Assembly: GCF_018977255.1 (NCBI RefSeq)
Contig: NW_024704743.1
Coordinates: forward strand, 101,062,001-101,126,000
From: Callorhinchus milii
Lineage: Eukaryota
Direction: 5' to 3'
DNA length: 64,000 nucleotides
Both the position numbers and the translations under genes were made by a program. The notes beneath the pieces were generated by a model. The model was not told the DNA's origin and did not search any database. It saw only the letters and a program-made list of their open reading frames with translations. Shown piece by piece: positions 24,782 to 36,923 of this stretch. Numbering within the stretch: the first letter of the stretch is position 1; each line of letters begins with the position of its first letter.

Positions 24782-27018
24782 TATATTTTACAAATTAGTC
24801 TTTTACACTGAAGTAAAGAATGTAAATGTAGAAATCAAAATTCATAACCTCAGGCACTAACATAATCCTACACATCTGGTGGGTTTATCATGGGTCTCCT
24901 TGCCTATACACTCCATTTGTTTGTTACCTATTGTCCTACCTTAATATAAAACTAAAAGCTCAAATCTTAGATCTTCTCAAATATTCAAAAGGATGTGTTC
25001 TTTTGTAGCTATAGATGTTTGAAGGCGACTTCCTTCTGCACCATTACCAAACTTTCACTCACCCACATACAGAAATCATTTAAAATTACTTTCATAACAT
25101 ACTAAGCTGTAATTCATTAGTAACCGTGTCAGGATAATGTCATTTTCGACTGGCCATGACTTTATATTTGATTGTGGCATCACTGACAAAAATAGGTTCT
25201 TGAAATCCAGTGTTGATATTTACTGTCAATAGAGATGTTGATCTGGAACAATTTGTGTGGAACAGTACATAGTCATCAATTAACATTTTACTCTTATAAT
25301 GCTGCCCCACATTTTCTGTGTGTGAGGAAGGCTTTTTTTAATATATGAATTTCTGTTCTTTAATGCGGTGATATTCTATTCCTCAATTAGTGATTTTGGT
25401 AAAATCATTAGTATTTTGATTCTATCACCAGCAATCTGTCAATTACTACTCAGAATTTGTTTTTTAAAAAAGTGCGTTTAAACACTTAGGCTTCCAAATG
25501 TGAGGTTTCGCAACAGATTTGCGACTTATTGAATACGTAATCAAACCTTTTAATAAAAAAACATAAGCTGAAGGTTCGATTCCCCCAAATCCTGGCACAA
25601 CGGTTGGGTCTGAAACTGGTTGCAAGATATCCTTTTCCAACCACCGGTCCCTGTCCCTGACAGCCAGCGTTTCAGTGCCATCTCACAGGTTACTATATAA
25701 TGTCAAAGTCGGGCGGGGGGGGGGGGGGGGGGGCAGATGTTATGAAATATTGCATTTTAACCTCTTAGTTTTCATTGGAATTGCACTCCTCTTCCCTTTC
25801 AAAGACCATTATGGGCTAACATTCCTCTCCAGCTCCAACATGACAATCTATCATGGTTACTTCTTCAGAATAAGAAATCCCATTCTTAAGATTTTTTGTC
25901 ATAAAATAATCAGTATAGCCCTCACCACTCCCATCAGGTTTGGACAGTTAGAGATACGACAGGCTCTCTATCCACCAGTCTCTAGACAATGTGCAGGGAG
26001 CTCCACCAGCTCAGGTGAAAAGATACTGAAACAAGTGCGATGGAAATATAGTGAGAAATGATGAAAACATCTATAATTAAACATACAACTCATTTAACAG
26101 GCAACCATCTAACAATTAAACCATAGATCCTTCGTTAGATTTCTTAGAAATATAATTAATTTGAACGTGGAAAAGCTGAGGATAAATGGCATTTGATTCA
26201 TTATGTCCATTTGCCTTTTGTAAATCTTCTTCAGTGGGTACTCTGACTGTGCTCAGCTTCACACTGATGACAAAGATAAATGAGATCAAGGTTCTTATGA
26301 CATTCTGCTAATGATGTAAAGGCTTTGAAACACCACGATTTCACCAGGGAATGCACATACATCCCAATTCAATTTATAGTCTAGTGCATTCTCCACTAAA
26401 TAATGCATCTTATGATTAAACCACAATCAAAGGAAGACTTGCTACTGATGAAGAAATGTAGCAGCATCTCTGTCAGAGTACCTGAAGGCAATCTTAATAG
26501 ACCAGGAACCTCAGACAATTGTAACATCCAAAAGTGTAAAGTCGTGTTGAAATAGCTTTATTTCTTTTGTCACATTGTGGGGATGCAGAGCAGGGATCAA
26601 ATTTAAAGATTTGCAATTGAAGTTGCACAGAATTTACAAACATTGCATTTTGCACACTATTGGGCCAACAAGTGACCAATGTAAGCAGGATACTGACTAC
26701 TCTGAGTTTTATTGTTTAGAAAAAGCCAGTATCACGAATCAGAGGTCAAATGCTGCATTCTCTGAGGTACATCACAGACCCGATTGGCTGTCAGAGATTA
26801 CCACCGAGAAGGCATTTTATTAGGGACTATCTAGTGTGGTAAAAAAATTTTTTTTTGCTAAATTCACTCCATTATCAGTATATGCCAATCTATGAATTAG
26901 TTGCTCATCTCATTCTTCTTTATGGGTTGCTGTGTGAATGCAGGTTATTTAACTCAGCTAATCTCACTTGAAAAGTACAATATGAATGGAAGAGGAAAAG
27001 AGGTCCTTCACGACTTAC

Positions 27019-27121
27019 CTATGATGGCCGGTGTATCGAGCACCTTTGATGTGACCCATTCCTTTACATCCAGGTGTTGGACACCCTCCTGGAATCGGAG
27101 CAGTCATGAGGTCTTGCGAAG
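27019..27121 (-). CDS. L3MBTL4: exon J, N-terminal part of CCHHC finger 1 (TSQDLMTAPIPGGCPTPGCKGMGHIKGARYTGHH)
   Basis: tttttttttag| ... AG|gtaagt; 103 nt, phase 1-2; CPTPGCxGxGH motif. Confidence 0.94.
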
Positions 27122-27321
27122 CTAAAAAAAAAGAGCCAAACAAAATAGGAAAATACTGTTAAATTTTATTGAGAATTACTGTGCCCTGGAATCTCAGGTG
27201 ACATCAGAAAAGAAGTGAAGTTGGGAGTAGTTTTTGACAGCCACCTGAACTTCTGGATTAGACACATCCTTGAAATTGCTCTCCACTATCATACAATGCA
27301 ATTTACATTTATACAGTAAAA

Positions 27322-28230
27322 TCAATAGACATTCAGCTGCAGGAATTTACACTCATCCAGGCCTTGATGTCCGCCAAACAACTGGCAGGACATCAGCGTA
27401 GCTGGAGGAGAATTAGATTTGGGTGTCATCCACATACATGTGGAAGTTGACCCCATGTCTGCGGATAACATTGCCGAGATGGAGCATGTAGTTAAGAAAA
27501 AGAAGGGGGTCAAGGATGGAGCCTTAGCCCACTTCTGCTCCAAGTGACCAGGCAGGGACAGGAGGAAAAAACATTTGCCGAGATGTATTCTTGGCAGTTT
27601 GTTAAGTAGGACTCAAACCATGCGAGTGCAGTCCCACTTAGGTGGATGAGGGTGTAGAGGCGGTGGAGGAGGATGGTGTGATTGACTATGTCGAACACGG
27701 TGAAGAGGTCCAGGAGAGGGAGCTCTGGTCAGAGAGAGAGGATGTCATTACTTTGACGAGTGCTGTCTCTGTACTGGGGGCTGGGCACAAAACGGATTGG
27801 AGGGGATCGAGTAGGGCGTTACAAAACTTTGGCCAGGAAAGGCAGGTTTGAGATGGCTCTGAAGTTTATGAGGTTGGCGGGATCGAGGGTAATTTTTTTA
27901 AGGATAGGAGTGATGACAGCAGTTTTGAGGGGGAGTAGGACAGAGCCTGATGAAAGGGACTGGTTGATTGTGTCAGCCAATGGGCAGAGCAGGGGGAATT
28001 GAGTGACCAGAAGCTGGGTGGGGAGAGGGTCGAGGCAGCAGTTGGTGGGCTTCATATGGGTGATGGTGGGGGATAAGGGAGGAGGGAGAGATGGGTGCAA
28101 AGGAGTGTAGGGTAGGAGCCGTAGTAAGAGGAGAGGGTGATGAAGGAGGCATAGGGGTGGGTAGTAGGCGACATCAGGGGCGGGGGGAGGGGGCAGAGTT
28201 GGGTGGAGGAGGAATCCAGGTGAATGTTAT
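27322..28230 (-). mobile_element. L2 LINE internal RT fragment, frameshifted
   Basis: LDPLPTQLL..INQSLSSG..KTAVITPILKK..LDP..NFRAISNLPFLAKVL; FDIVNHTILLHRL..LSGTALAWFESYL. Confidence 0.9.
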
Positions 28231-28239
28231 CCATATATG

Positions 28240-28598
28240 TACTTTGAACTCAGTCTTGGCTGACATTCCAATACAGCACTGGGGGTGTGCTGCATTGTCA
28301 GAGATGCTGTCCTTTGGATGAGACATTAAACAGTCTGTTGAGGTGGACATCAAAAATCCCATGGCACTATTCAAAAAAAGAAGGAAGTTTCTCCCAGTGT
28401 CCTGCCCAACAATCCCCAAATAAAATTGGTCATTGACTTCACAACTGTTTGTGGGACAATGCTGTGCACAGTTAGGCTGCTGTGTTTGCCTACACAATAC
28501 ACAGTCACTACACTTTACAGAGAACCCTGTGAAGTGATTTGAGATGCCCTCCGAAATGAAAGATGCTACACCAAATGCAAGGAGGATTATTATTATTA
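28240..28598 (+). mobile_element. Deu-domain SINE, head truncated
   Basis: aggtggacatcaaaaatcccatggcactattc..gtgtcctg..tgtttgtgggacaatgctgtgcac..ggctgc; tail gcaaggaggattattatt. Confidence 0.85.
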
Positions 28599-30058
28599 TA
28601 GCAATGACTATGGAAATTATGCTAAACTTCTAATGGAGACTGTTATCAGCATCATTCTCGCACACTGAAACAGATGAGGGATTGTTATATTTATTCGCTA
28701 GAAACAAAAGGCATATTTTGAAAGCAAAGAATGCCACCTTCAGATTTATGAGCACACAAAGATTTCTAGCACTGCGTAAAGGAGATAAAAAAGCTACATA
28801 CGACATTTTCAGAAACAACTCCAGACTATTAATAGGATATCAAATGGTTCTCATATTTGTGGGCGTTTTAGTGCTTTTCTTTGTGCAGAGTTGGCAGGAT
28901 TAGAAGTGCACAAGGTCATAATGCGTTTAATATCACCATTAACAGGTCTGCTCAATCTTGTGCAAGGATGAAAAAAAGCATAACGTGGTAACAATTTTGT
29001 ATTTATTCAAAGATCATGGTGAATTAAGCCTTCTTTGTGGTTACTCATTTACCCTAGAATATTAAACCCTACAGGTTTACAGAAAACCTGTTGCTCGATA
29101 CTGTAATAATGGAAAATACGTACAAATTTTGAATGGTTCAAAGGACGTTCAGAAATCAAAGGAAATTGCTAAATCGGTTTTCAGCACATGCACAAAACAT
29201 CTCCATATCTACAAACACATTTGAGGCAATGCTCATTCCTGGTGGAAGATTATAAGAAGGGGGACTTTAGAAATGAAAATGTTGAAATTTTAATATATTC
29301 ATCATCGTACCGTGAATCCTTTGAGGATTATGGAGATTTCTAAACTAACTCTAGGATTGGAAGTTACTCTGTGTCCCCAACCATTCCACAGATATCCAGC
29401 CTTCCCCATCAGCACCAAATTTGCATTGTCACTATTTGCCAGCCACATTCTCAATGAACACCTTTACCAGCCGACAATTAAAAGGGGCGATTCTCTAAGG
29501 TTATCACGTGTACATTTACAAAAATAATGGATAAAATGAACGTTATAATTTCTTGTAAAAGCCACAATATAGCTTGTATTGTGTTGTCTCAGCAGGCAGT
29601 ACCGCATCAAGGTTGAACGCCATTATAAACCACAATAACAAAATCATCATATTAACCCAAGTCTTGTTGAAGCCTTGAAACCCACCACAGGATGCATTAT
29701 TCTTCTTCAACACGTACAAAAATGCAACGATTACTTGTAATAGATTACAGGAGATTTTTGCCAGCAGGTATGATACGTTGACAGTTCGAACTGTGAAATC
29801 TGACAAGGAGGGATATTGAACCTTTTGATTTGACAAAAAGTTGTATTGAGGGAAACTTGTGAATAGACAAGTAGTGATGACAGAAATGCTCTTATAGGTT
29901 GATAAAGATGAATATCACAGCTTGTAAGCTTAGACAATTATTCTTAATATAAAATGAACTGTATTGGAATGAGCTCTTGACATGAAAGGCGCTTTACAAA
30001 TGTAATTTTGTTGTTGTTGTATTCTGAAGAAACGAAAAAGGCCAAATACTGCAATCTG

Positions 30059-30257
30059 AAATAAAAACAGAAGTCACTGGGAACACTCAGCAGCTCAGGC
30101 AGCATCGATGGAGAGAGGAAAGTGAGTTTAACGTTTCAGGTCAATGACCTTTCAGGTTCTGATGAAGGATCATCAATCTGAAACGTTGACTCATTTTCCT
30201 TTCTCCATAGATGCTGCCTGACCTGCTGAATGTTACCAGCGACTTCTGTTTTCATTT
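30059..30257. repeat. ~200-bp palindromic element, possibly Penelope-related, with hammerhead-like core
   Basis: Arms 30059-~30154 and ~30163-30257 are roughly 85% complementary by manual alignment; CTGATGA..GAAACGTT at 30159-30187. Confidence 0.8.
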
Positions 30258-30281
30258 ATATTCTGAAAAAAATGTCCTTAC

Positions 30282-30396
30282 TGAGTGGAGGCTGTAGCAA
30301 GTGGCCTGTTTTGGTACACCATCCCGCAGGGTGGAGATCAGGGTGCTCTGCATCAAGCCAATAGTCATAATCGTGACTCCACCCATCAAAATGGAT
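30282..30396 (-). CDS. L3MBTL4: exon I, MBT3 end (IHFDGWSHDYDYWLDAEHPDLHPAGWCTKTGHLLQPPL)
   Basis: ttcatttcag| ... TCA|gtaagg; 115 nt, phase 0-1. Confidence 0.95.
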
Positions 30397-31973
30397 CTGA
30401 AATGAACAAGAACAAATATTACTATTGAATATTTCAAAATCAGTAGTGTGGCACACATGTTACCGTTTTTTAAAAATTATTTTAAATACGCAGGAGTTTG
30501 AAACGCACCAATTTCTAATAGAACACTGAGCTGCAAATGGGGAGTTGTTCTCGTAACTGGGATACATGGGAATTCTGCTCGGATGCAATTTAGTTCCAGA
30601 GTTTACAGGACATACTCCAGAGTATGTTTGACATACGCCCAGAATGGAATTCCCATTTGCGATTTGGAATCTTCATTGAGGAATCCCATCAAATTACTGC
30701 ACCTTGTTCCGTCTCTCTATCTGCTTCCAAAAATCTCCCAATGGCTCTTTAATCATATCCTCAAGCACCTCTGAATTCTTCCTGCTTTTTGCTAGCTATT
30801 CATGGTTAACGGTTTGGATGCATTGTTTATGTAAGATGTTTTACTCTCAGTCAAGAAACCACACTTGTGTGGATTAAATTATTAAATCACCTCAATGTCA
30901 GATGGTGTGTATTAACCATGATGACTCAGTACTCCTCCTGACTTGGCGCACTGCTGCTTTTGTTCAAAATTGTGTGCGCTGTATGGTAAACAATATACGT
31001 GATCGGTGATACTCCCAGCTTTTGAGAAAGTTGAAGAATCTAGTGCTCCCAGCAGTTATTTTTATACCCTTGTCCTGGCTAGGTCCAGACCACTTTTACA
31101 TCAGCACAACTACTGCTTCTGAGAAAAGTCAACCTTATATGTGAATTAATTGGAATCGTATTTTACGTTTTGGCCTTTTTCTAGTTAACCTTCTAACTGG
31201 ATTTCTAATACATCAGTGACTGCAAATGACAGCTAATTACTTTTACAAATTATCTGGGTTGGAACAAGTGAAATAAGTTCATGCATAGTTTTTCTATGAT
31301 AGATGGCATGTTTTTGCAAATGCTTGTGGCTATCATTAAACATGTTAATTGATGTGTAAAGTTTTTACTTGCAACTGCGCGTCAATGCAAACCTGAAGTA
31401 TCTAAAATTACTTTTTTCTCTTAAGACTTCATGAACAATTTCATTCAAATAATGCACAGCTTTGTGATTAAAATGCACACTGCACACAAGCCTGCAAAAC
31501 AATTGCGTAACCTATTCCATTCTAACTGGGTCATCTGAAGACTACACAAAAGATGTTCCCTACACTTGCTCTGCAAGGTTCTTCCAACTAATCGACCTTG
31601 ATTACTGATTTGCAATTGAACGACTGAACTTTACAGATGTTAACAAAACAATTTACGAGAACTTAATGCATGCTATTACTGTTGATTTTTCCTCAGTGTT
31701 CAGATTTCATGATCGTAATAGAAAAAATTGTTAATGAACTCAGACTGTCTGCAAAAAAAATCATGCTAATATTAACACGTTTTCTTTTTGCTCTCTGTAA
31801 GAACCTCCTAATTGGAGCAGCTGCAATCTGGGTCAGTCTTGTGATAAACGGACACAGTCTATGGCAGCCAATTAAAGTCAAGAATTGATTAGAAAAATGC
31901 GCATAGTCTACGCAACCTCGATAATTAAGAAAGTGGTCTTCTACTTTGGGCAGAGACAACCAGAAGCTTGTTT

Positions 31974-32168
31974 GATAATAATAAAAAATGATAATCCTTG
32001 CATTTGATATAGCGCCTTATCACGTCTTCAAGATTTCTCAAAGTGCTTCACATGATATACTGTAAAGTGTAGTGACTGTATTTTCTGGGTGAAACGCGGC
32101 AGCCAATTGTGCACAGCAGCGTCCCACAAACAGTTGTGGATTGAGTTACCAAATTATTATTATTAAAT
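31974..32168 (-). mobile_element. 5'-truncated SINE with 10-bp TSD aagcttgttt
   Basis: aagcttgttt at 31964-31973 and 32169-32178; family tail. Confidence 0.85.
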
Positions 32169-33439
32169 AAGCTTGTTTACTTATTTAATACACTCCTTGG
32201 GTTAGGCACGGTCACCAGATGCACCAATCATCTGCAAATAAAAATGTTATTGAAAATGACTTGAAATCTCTGCATTTTTTAAACCCAATCTCACCGAGAC
32301 CAGGTGATGGGGCTTCCAGGAAGAAAAAAAAATTTCATCAGCAGGAACTCCACTGGCTGGACAAGCAGTTGGGTGTTTGTCAGACAGTGTTTGCAAAGGC
32401 AAGGAGCACTGTTTTAGGAAGCTAGACTTCAGCAGTACCGCAATGCATATTCTGGGGCCCCAAGTTTTGGTCCAGCCAACATATGCTTAATATTTTCCGA
32501 GATTAATTAAGCAGGGTGCATCTCTGTGGGAAAAGAGCGCACATTCTATTCTGGACACAGGGAAATTTCCATGCATGGATGGAATTTGAAATTAAGTATG
32601 AATATTTTTAAGCAAGGAGATAGGTTTCTGCACATGTGGCTGAGAAAAAAATGCATCAAGTGGAATTTGAATACTCCAATGTAAAACTATAACAGAAGTA
32701 ACTCCATTTTTAATTAATTGCTCTAATTATTTTAAAAAGTTATTACAATTATGAAAAGGAATTACAGATAATTTCAACCACTCTAGTAAATATTTTACAG
32801 AAGATAAAAAAGTCAGTACAATAATAAAGATTCTTATTAAAGATCTGAAGAGCCTGTGAAATATCAAGATGGCAATCTAGGATTCACTGAAGCAAAGACT
32901 GGTAGGGGAACGAATGGTTTAGACCGACCATTAGTTCTAATGTTAGCCTTTGTGAATTCAGTGACAGGCACATTCACAGTACATCTACTGTTCTATAGAA
33001 AGAGCCAAGTATCACAGGAAATGGTTCACTGTACTTGGTTAAAATCCAACGAAACCTTTTAAAACTAACTGTGATAACAAAACATAGTTTATTTAAGGAT
33101 AAACAAGGCACTACCAAAATAAAACTTCCCATGCTTGGGACATAAGGGAATATGAGAAATACTAAAATTATAAAATAGAGAAAATAAGCAGGATAGGAAC
33201 AAACTAAAAGGATACTGCACAGCTGCACAGTGAGCTGATCAACACATTGCATCATGGATGGACTTCAAACTAGCTACACTGAGTTTCCTATCTGTACCCA
33301 TCTGACTCTGCCATTTTGAAGAAGGCTCAATGGAATTCTATCGCTGTGTACAACTCCCAGCAAATGAGGTTTTATACAAATGAAATGAAAATTAACTGAT
33401 TTAACACAGATTTATAAAAGGCACATTGATCAATCTGGT

Positions 33440-33770
33440 CAAGTGGAAGAAATTACCAAGCATAGGGCAAAAGCAAAGACAGTGGATATAGCGTATGAAT
33501 TAATAGATACATGGCTGAAGGACAAGCAGAAAATGGGAACAATTTGATATGTCTCAGATTGGCAAAGCAGAGCGAGCGACATGCCTCAAGGGATCAGTTC
33601 TCTGATCTCTCTCTTAATTACTATATTCATACGAGTTTTGGACACGAGCATTGGAGGTACGATGTCAACATTTGGGGATAATAATGAATTAGACACCGTG
33701 GCAAACTAAAAAAGAATGCCAGAGAATACATGGAGGACATACAGATGTGGAGGATAAGTGGCAGTGTTCA
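33440..33770 (+). mobile_element. highly degraded CR1 RT fragment
   Basis: catggctgaaggacaagcaga, atgcctcaaggga, acatttggggataata..aattag; boundaries approximate. Confidence 0.45.
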
Positions 33771-34712
33771 TCTCCAAGTCATTTGTGAGCAATGTGAACA
33801 GCTGGCCATTCAAAAGAGACCTCTGCAGTGGTCATACATTCTGAAAATCAAATAAACTACATGTACTGGAGAGCTGTCGTTCACTAGTTAGTAGTCGCGC
33901 TCTATTCAGGTAGGTTTAGATGAGGATTTCAATACAAGTCTCCATTAAGGATCAGCTAAACAACAACAACCTGCATTTATATAGTGCCCTTCAACACACA
34001 TTTACCTTATTGCCTTTGGTGGTTCTGAGCACATTGCCCTAGTTGTCCGAGCAAACTAGCTCTCAAGAAATGCATGTACAGAAAGCAATGTATATAAATG
34101 TGATGTCCATTATTATTACCTGTCATATTTCTTAAACCTACATCCCTATGACTTGGAATTACATATCAACACCAGAGAAAATAAAAAATGAAATTGTATT
34201 AATAATAAGGAATCCAACATGGGCAAATGGGGACTTCTTACAGTAACAGGAAGGATGTCACTTTGACCTTCGAGGACCTGCTCTGACACAATCTCATTTC
34301 TGAGGCTAAGTTCCCAGTTTTCTCGCGAATCTGTACATTTGAGTTCCATGATGCTCCAGTTAATTGTTACATAAGAGTTTTTTTTGTGTTCTGGAGACGT
34401 CATCTCACTCATCCATTAGTTTTAATGGAGTTCAGATTTCAGATTTAGAACTTAATTAAGTGGCAACTGAGCTTTCGGAATGGCTATTAAATCTAAGTTA
34501 ACAGCTATGATTTTATTGCAGATCACCCAAAAAAAGGAACACCAATGAGGATTTACAGCAGCTTCGAAGGCTGGAAGAAGGGAAAGCCTGAAAATATCAG
34601 TGAAGCTTAGTTATGTCAAAGGAATTATTACTTCCGATTCCATTTTAGTCAAGCTTTCCCCTCACTAAGCTACTCTGTACTTTGGAGGTGCGTTCAAATA
34701 TCGAAACAGTAC

Positions 34713-34823
34713 CTTTATCCGTTGATCGTCAACATCAACAATTGTGGTGACCCGAATCAACATTGGGTTACGTTTATCCACAGCTTCAAGTTTCATATTC
34801 ACCTGGAACCCGTGCAGTGCCCT
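34713..34823 (-). CDS. L3MBTL4: exon H, MBT3 (RALHGFQVNMKLEAVDKRNPMLIRVTTIVDVDDQRIK)
   Basis: cattcttcag| ... AAG|gtactg; 111 nt, phase 0-0. Confidence 0.95.
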
Positions 34824-34860
34824 CTGAAGAATGCAAAATGAAAGAAAATATAATTTGTCA

Positions 34861-35210
34861 GGTGCCAGCCTGGCTCAGTTAGTTGCGCTCTCAACTCTGT
34901 ATCAGAATTCCCACATTGGGACTTTGAACCCACAGTCTGGACTGGCTGGCACTCCAGTATTGTACTTCGGGACGTTGCATTGCTGTACTTTGGATGAGAT
35001 GCTAAAACGAGGAATGGTCTGCCAGTTCAGGTGGGCATGTTGGCCAGGACACCAGGAGAAACTCTCTTCTCTTTTCGAATAGTGCCAAGGGATCTTTAAC
35101 GTTTACCTGAACAGGCAAATGGGACCTTGGTTTAAAAACACCTCCAACAGTGCAACAACCCCAAGGATTGCATTGGAGTGTCAGCTTAGACGATGTGATT
35201 CCAAGTTCCA
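34861..35210. mobile_element. two Deu-SINE 5' halves fused in inverted orientation
   Basis: 34861-35038 is sense (head to ttcaggtggg); 35039-35210 is antisense and covers overlapping consensus. Confidence 0.7.
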
Positions 35211-36380
35211 ATATGTAATCACTACAGTGAATAATGAGATGTAAAGCTCTGAATGCACAAAAAGAAATGCATAGAAAAAAACTAGATTTTTAACCTTTGC
35301 AACATATCTTCTTGCATTCATTCCTTTTCGTATTTTATTAAGGTCTTATTTTGTATCGTTATCTGTGTCTCTCTATTACCGTGCACACTGCAGCCCCAGC
35401 AACCTTCCTATCAACAATTCCCCAGACGTTCACATCAAACTTCAGCAATAGACTTCACAAATAGTGCTGTCTTGTTTTTCTGCTGTAGACTAACAGGAGC
35501 AGGGATTGAGAAAATATAATTCTAATTAAAAGAAGCAGACGGTAAAGGAATTGGACCAGACTCTGGAGGAATTTAAACATCCAAATTACACGGAGTCCAA
35601 TGTTTCCACAGAACATTACAGGTTATAAGAGACATTTTGCTCAATCAGTAATGTCACTATAAAAATTCCAGTTACACCACTATTGCTCATTTGAATTTAG
35701 ATGATCAAGTGTCTCTTCCACTTCCAGCTCAGCTAGTTTGAAAGGAATACTTCAGGGAAAATGAAAAGCTAGATGGTTGTCCAATTATTAAAAGAAAATA
35801 AAAAGCCTTTGCATAAGCAAATTTAAATTATTTCACATTACTACCTGGGCAGTATGCAAGGCAAGACTCAGAAATACAATTTTAATTAAGATTTATATAT
35901 TTTTTAATTTTAAAGAGAGAGACAGAATGCGGGTAGCACTACTGCGTTTCCCTGGAAACGAGATATAGGTTAGCCCCTGCCATTGCTGTTGTTGGTGTGC
36001 TGAGACTATCTGGGGCTGCCTGCAAATGAAAACAGTTGTGTTTCATTCCTACAATCAGAAAGGGGCAAATAAAAAAAAACTTAATGACAAGTATATCCAA
36101 TATACCACAAGTGGCAGGAAAAATTTAAACTGATGCTGTACTGCCAATCCACATTTAAACAGCAGATACCTCTAATGGTTTGGAATCCTAATGTACTTTG
36201 TTACAATAATTTCCAAACCAGTTAGTCGTGCATTTAAAGACACTGCAAGGAGCTATATGGTTTCCCTGCTCCAGAATAAAGCTGTTTACCACTGACTGCC
36301 AATACTCGCATCTCTTTTCGCAATTCTTTCTTCACGACAATGGCTGAAATATATTAGAGGGAAATAGGAATATGCTAATA

Positions 36381-36923
36381 CAGCAAAACTCGCATGATTC
36401 TCATCTTTATAAATTGTATAATTTGTATCTTGACCCAAGTTCCATTCAGTTTTCTATCAAAACCATTTAGGTTTCTTTGCACTAATCTTATTCATCACCT
36501 CCTAACTCAGAACACAGCTCCCCTACCCTCCATCACTCCTGCACTTACCGGCTGCATTGAATCACGGGAAGTGATGTCCTAATCTGTCAACACATGTGCA
36601 CTTCCTGGCCGGCTGCATTGAATTGCAGAGAACGTAAGCTTGATCCACTTTATTTCCTGTGATTCAATGCGATTCCAATGCTTGCCAGCAAGTGTGCATA
36701 CGGCAACAGGTCAAACACATTGAATTGCGGGAAATGTAGCTGCATACGCACATATAGTGACAAATTACAGCAAGCACACTAACGTTTTTGTTGAATTACG
36801 CATGCGCAATGTAGATTATTGATTAAATCAGATGTTATACAACTTAGTTTGTATGCAACTCGGACTTCACACAAATCATATTAAATGTTATGGTCCCGAT
36901 GATATGACTTGTGAGTTTTACTG
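36381..36923. mobile_element. Tigger/pogo-type non-autonomous DNA transposon
   Basis: TA|CAGCAAAACTCGCA ... TGTGAGTTTTACTG|TA (12/14 TIR match), subterminal ggtccc, internal repeats. Confidence 0.7.

Noticed and set aside
25572..25585. B-box-like ggttcgattccc suggesting a tRNA gene
   Set aside because: No A box or cloverleaf around it. The tRNA-like SINE heads elsewhere are also not tRNA genes.
25715..25733. G19 run (and G20 at 60076-60095) as functional G-quadruplexes
   Set aside because: Simple homopolymers of uncertain length, one inside a CR1 3' end; no evidence of function.
30566..30656. Short inverted repeats atgggaattc/gaattcccat and acatactc/gagtatgt
   Set aside because: Short, not symmetrically nested, and plausible by chance or as a decayed element.
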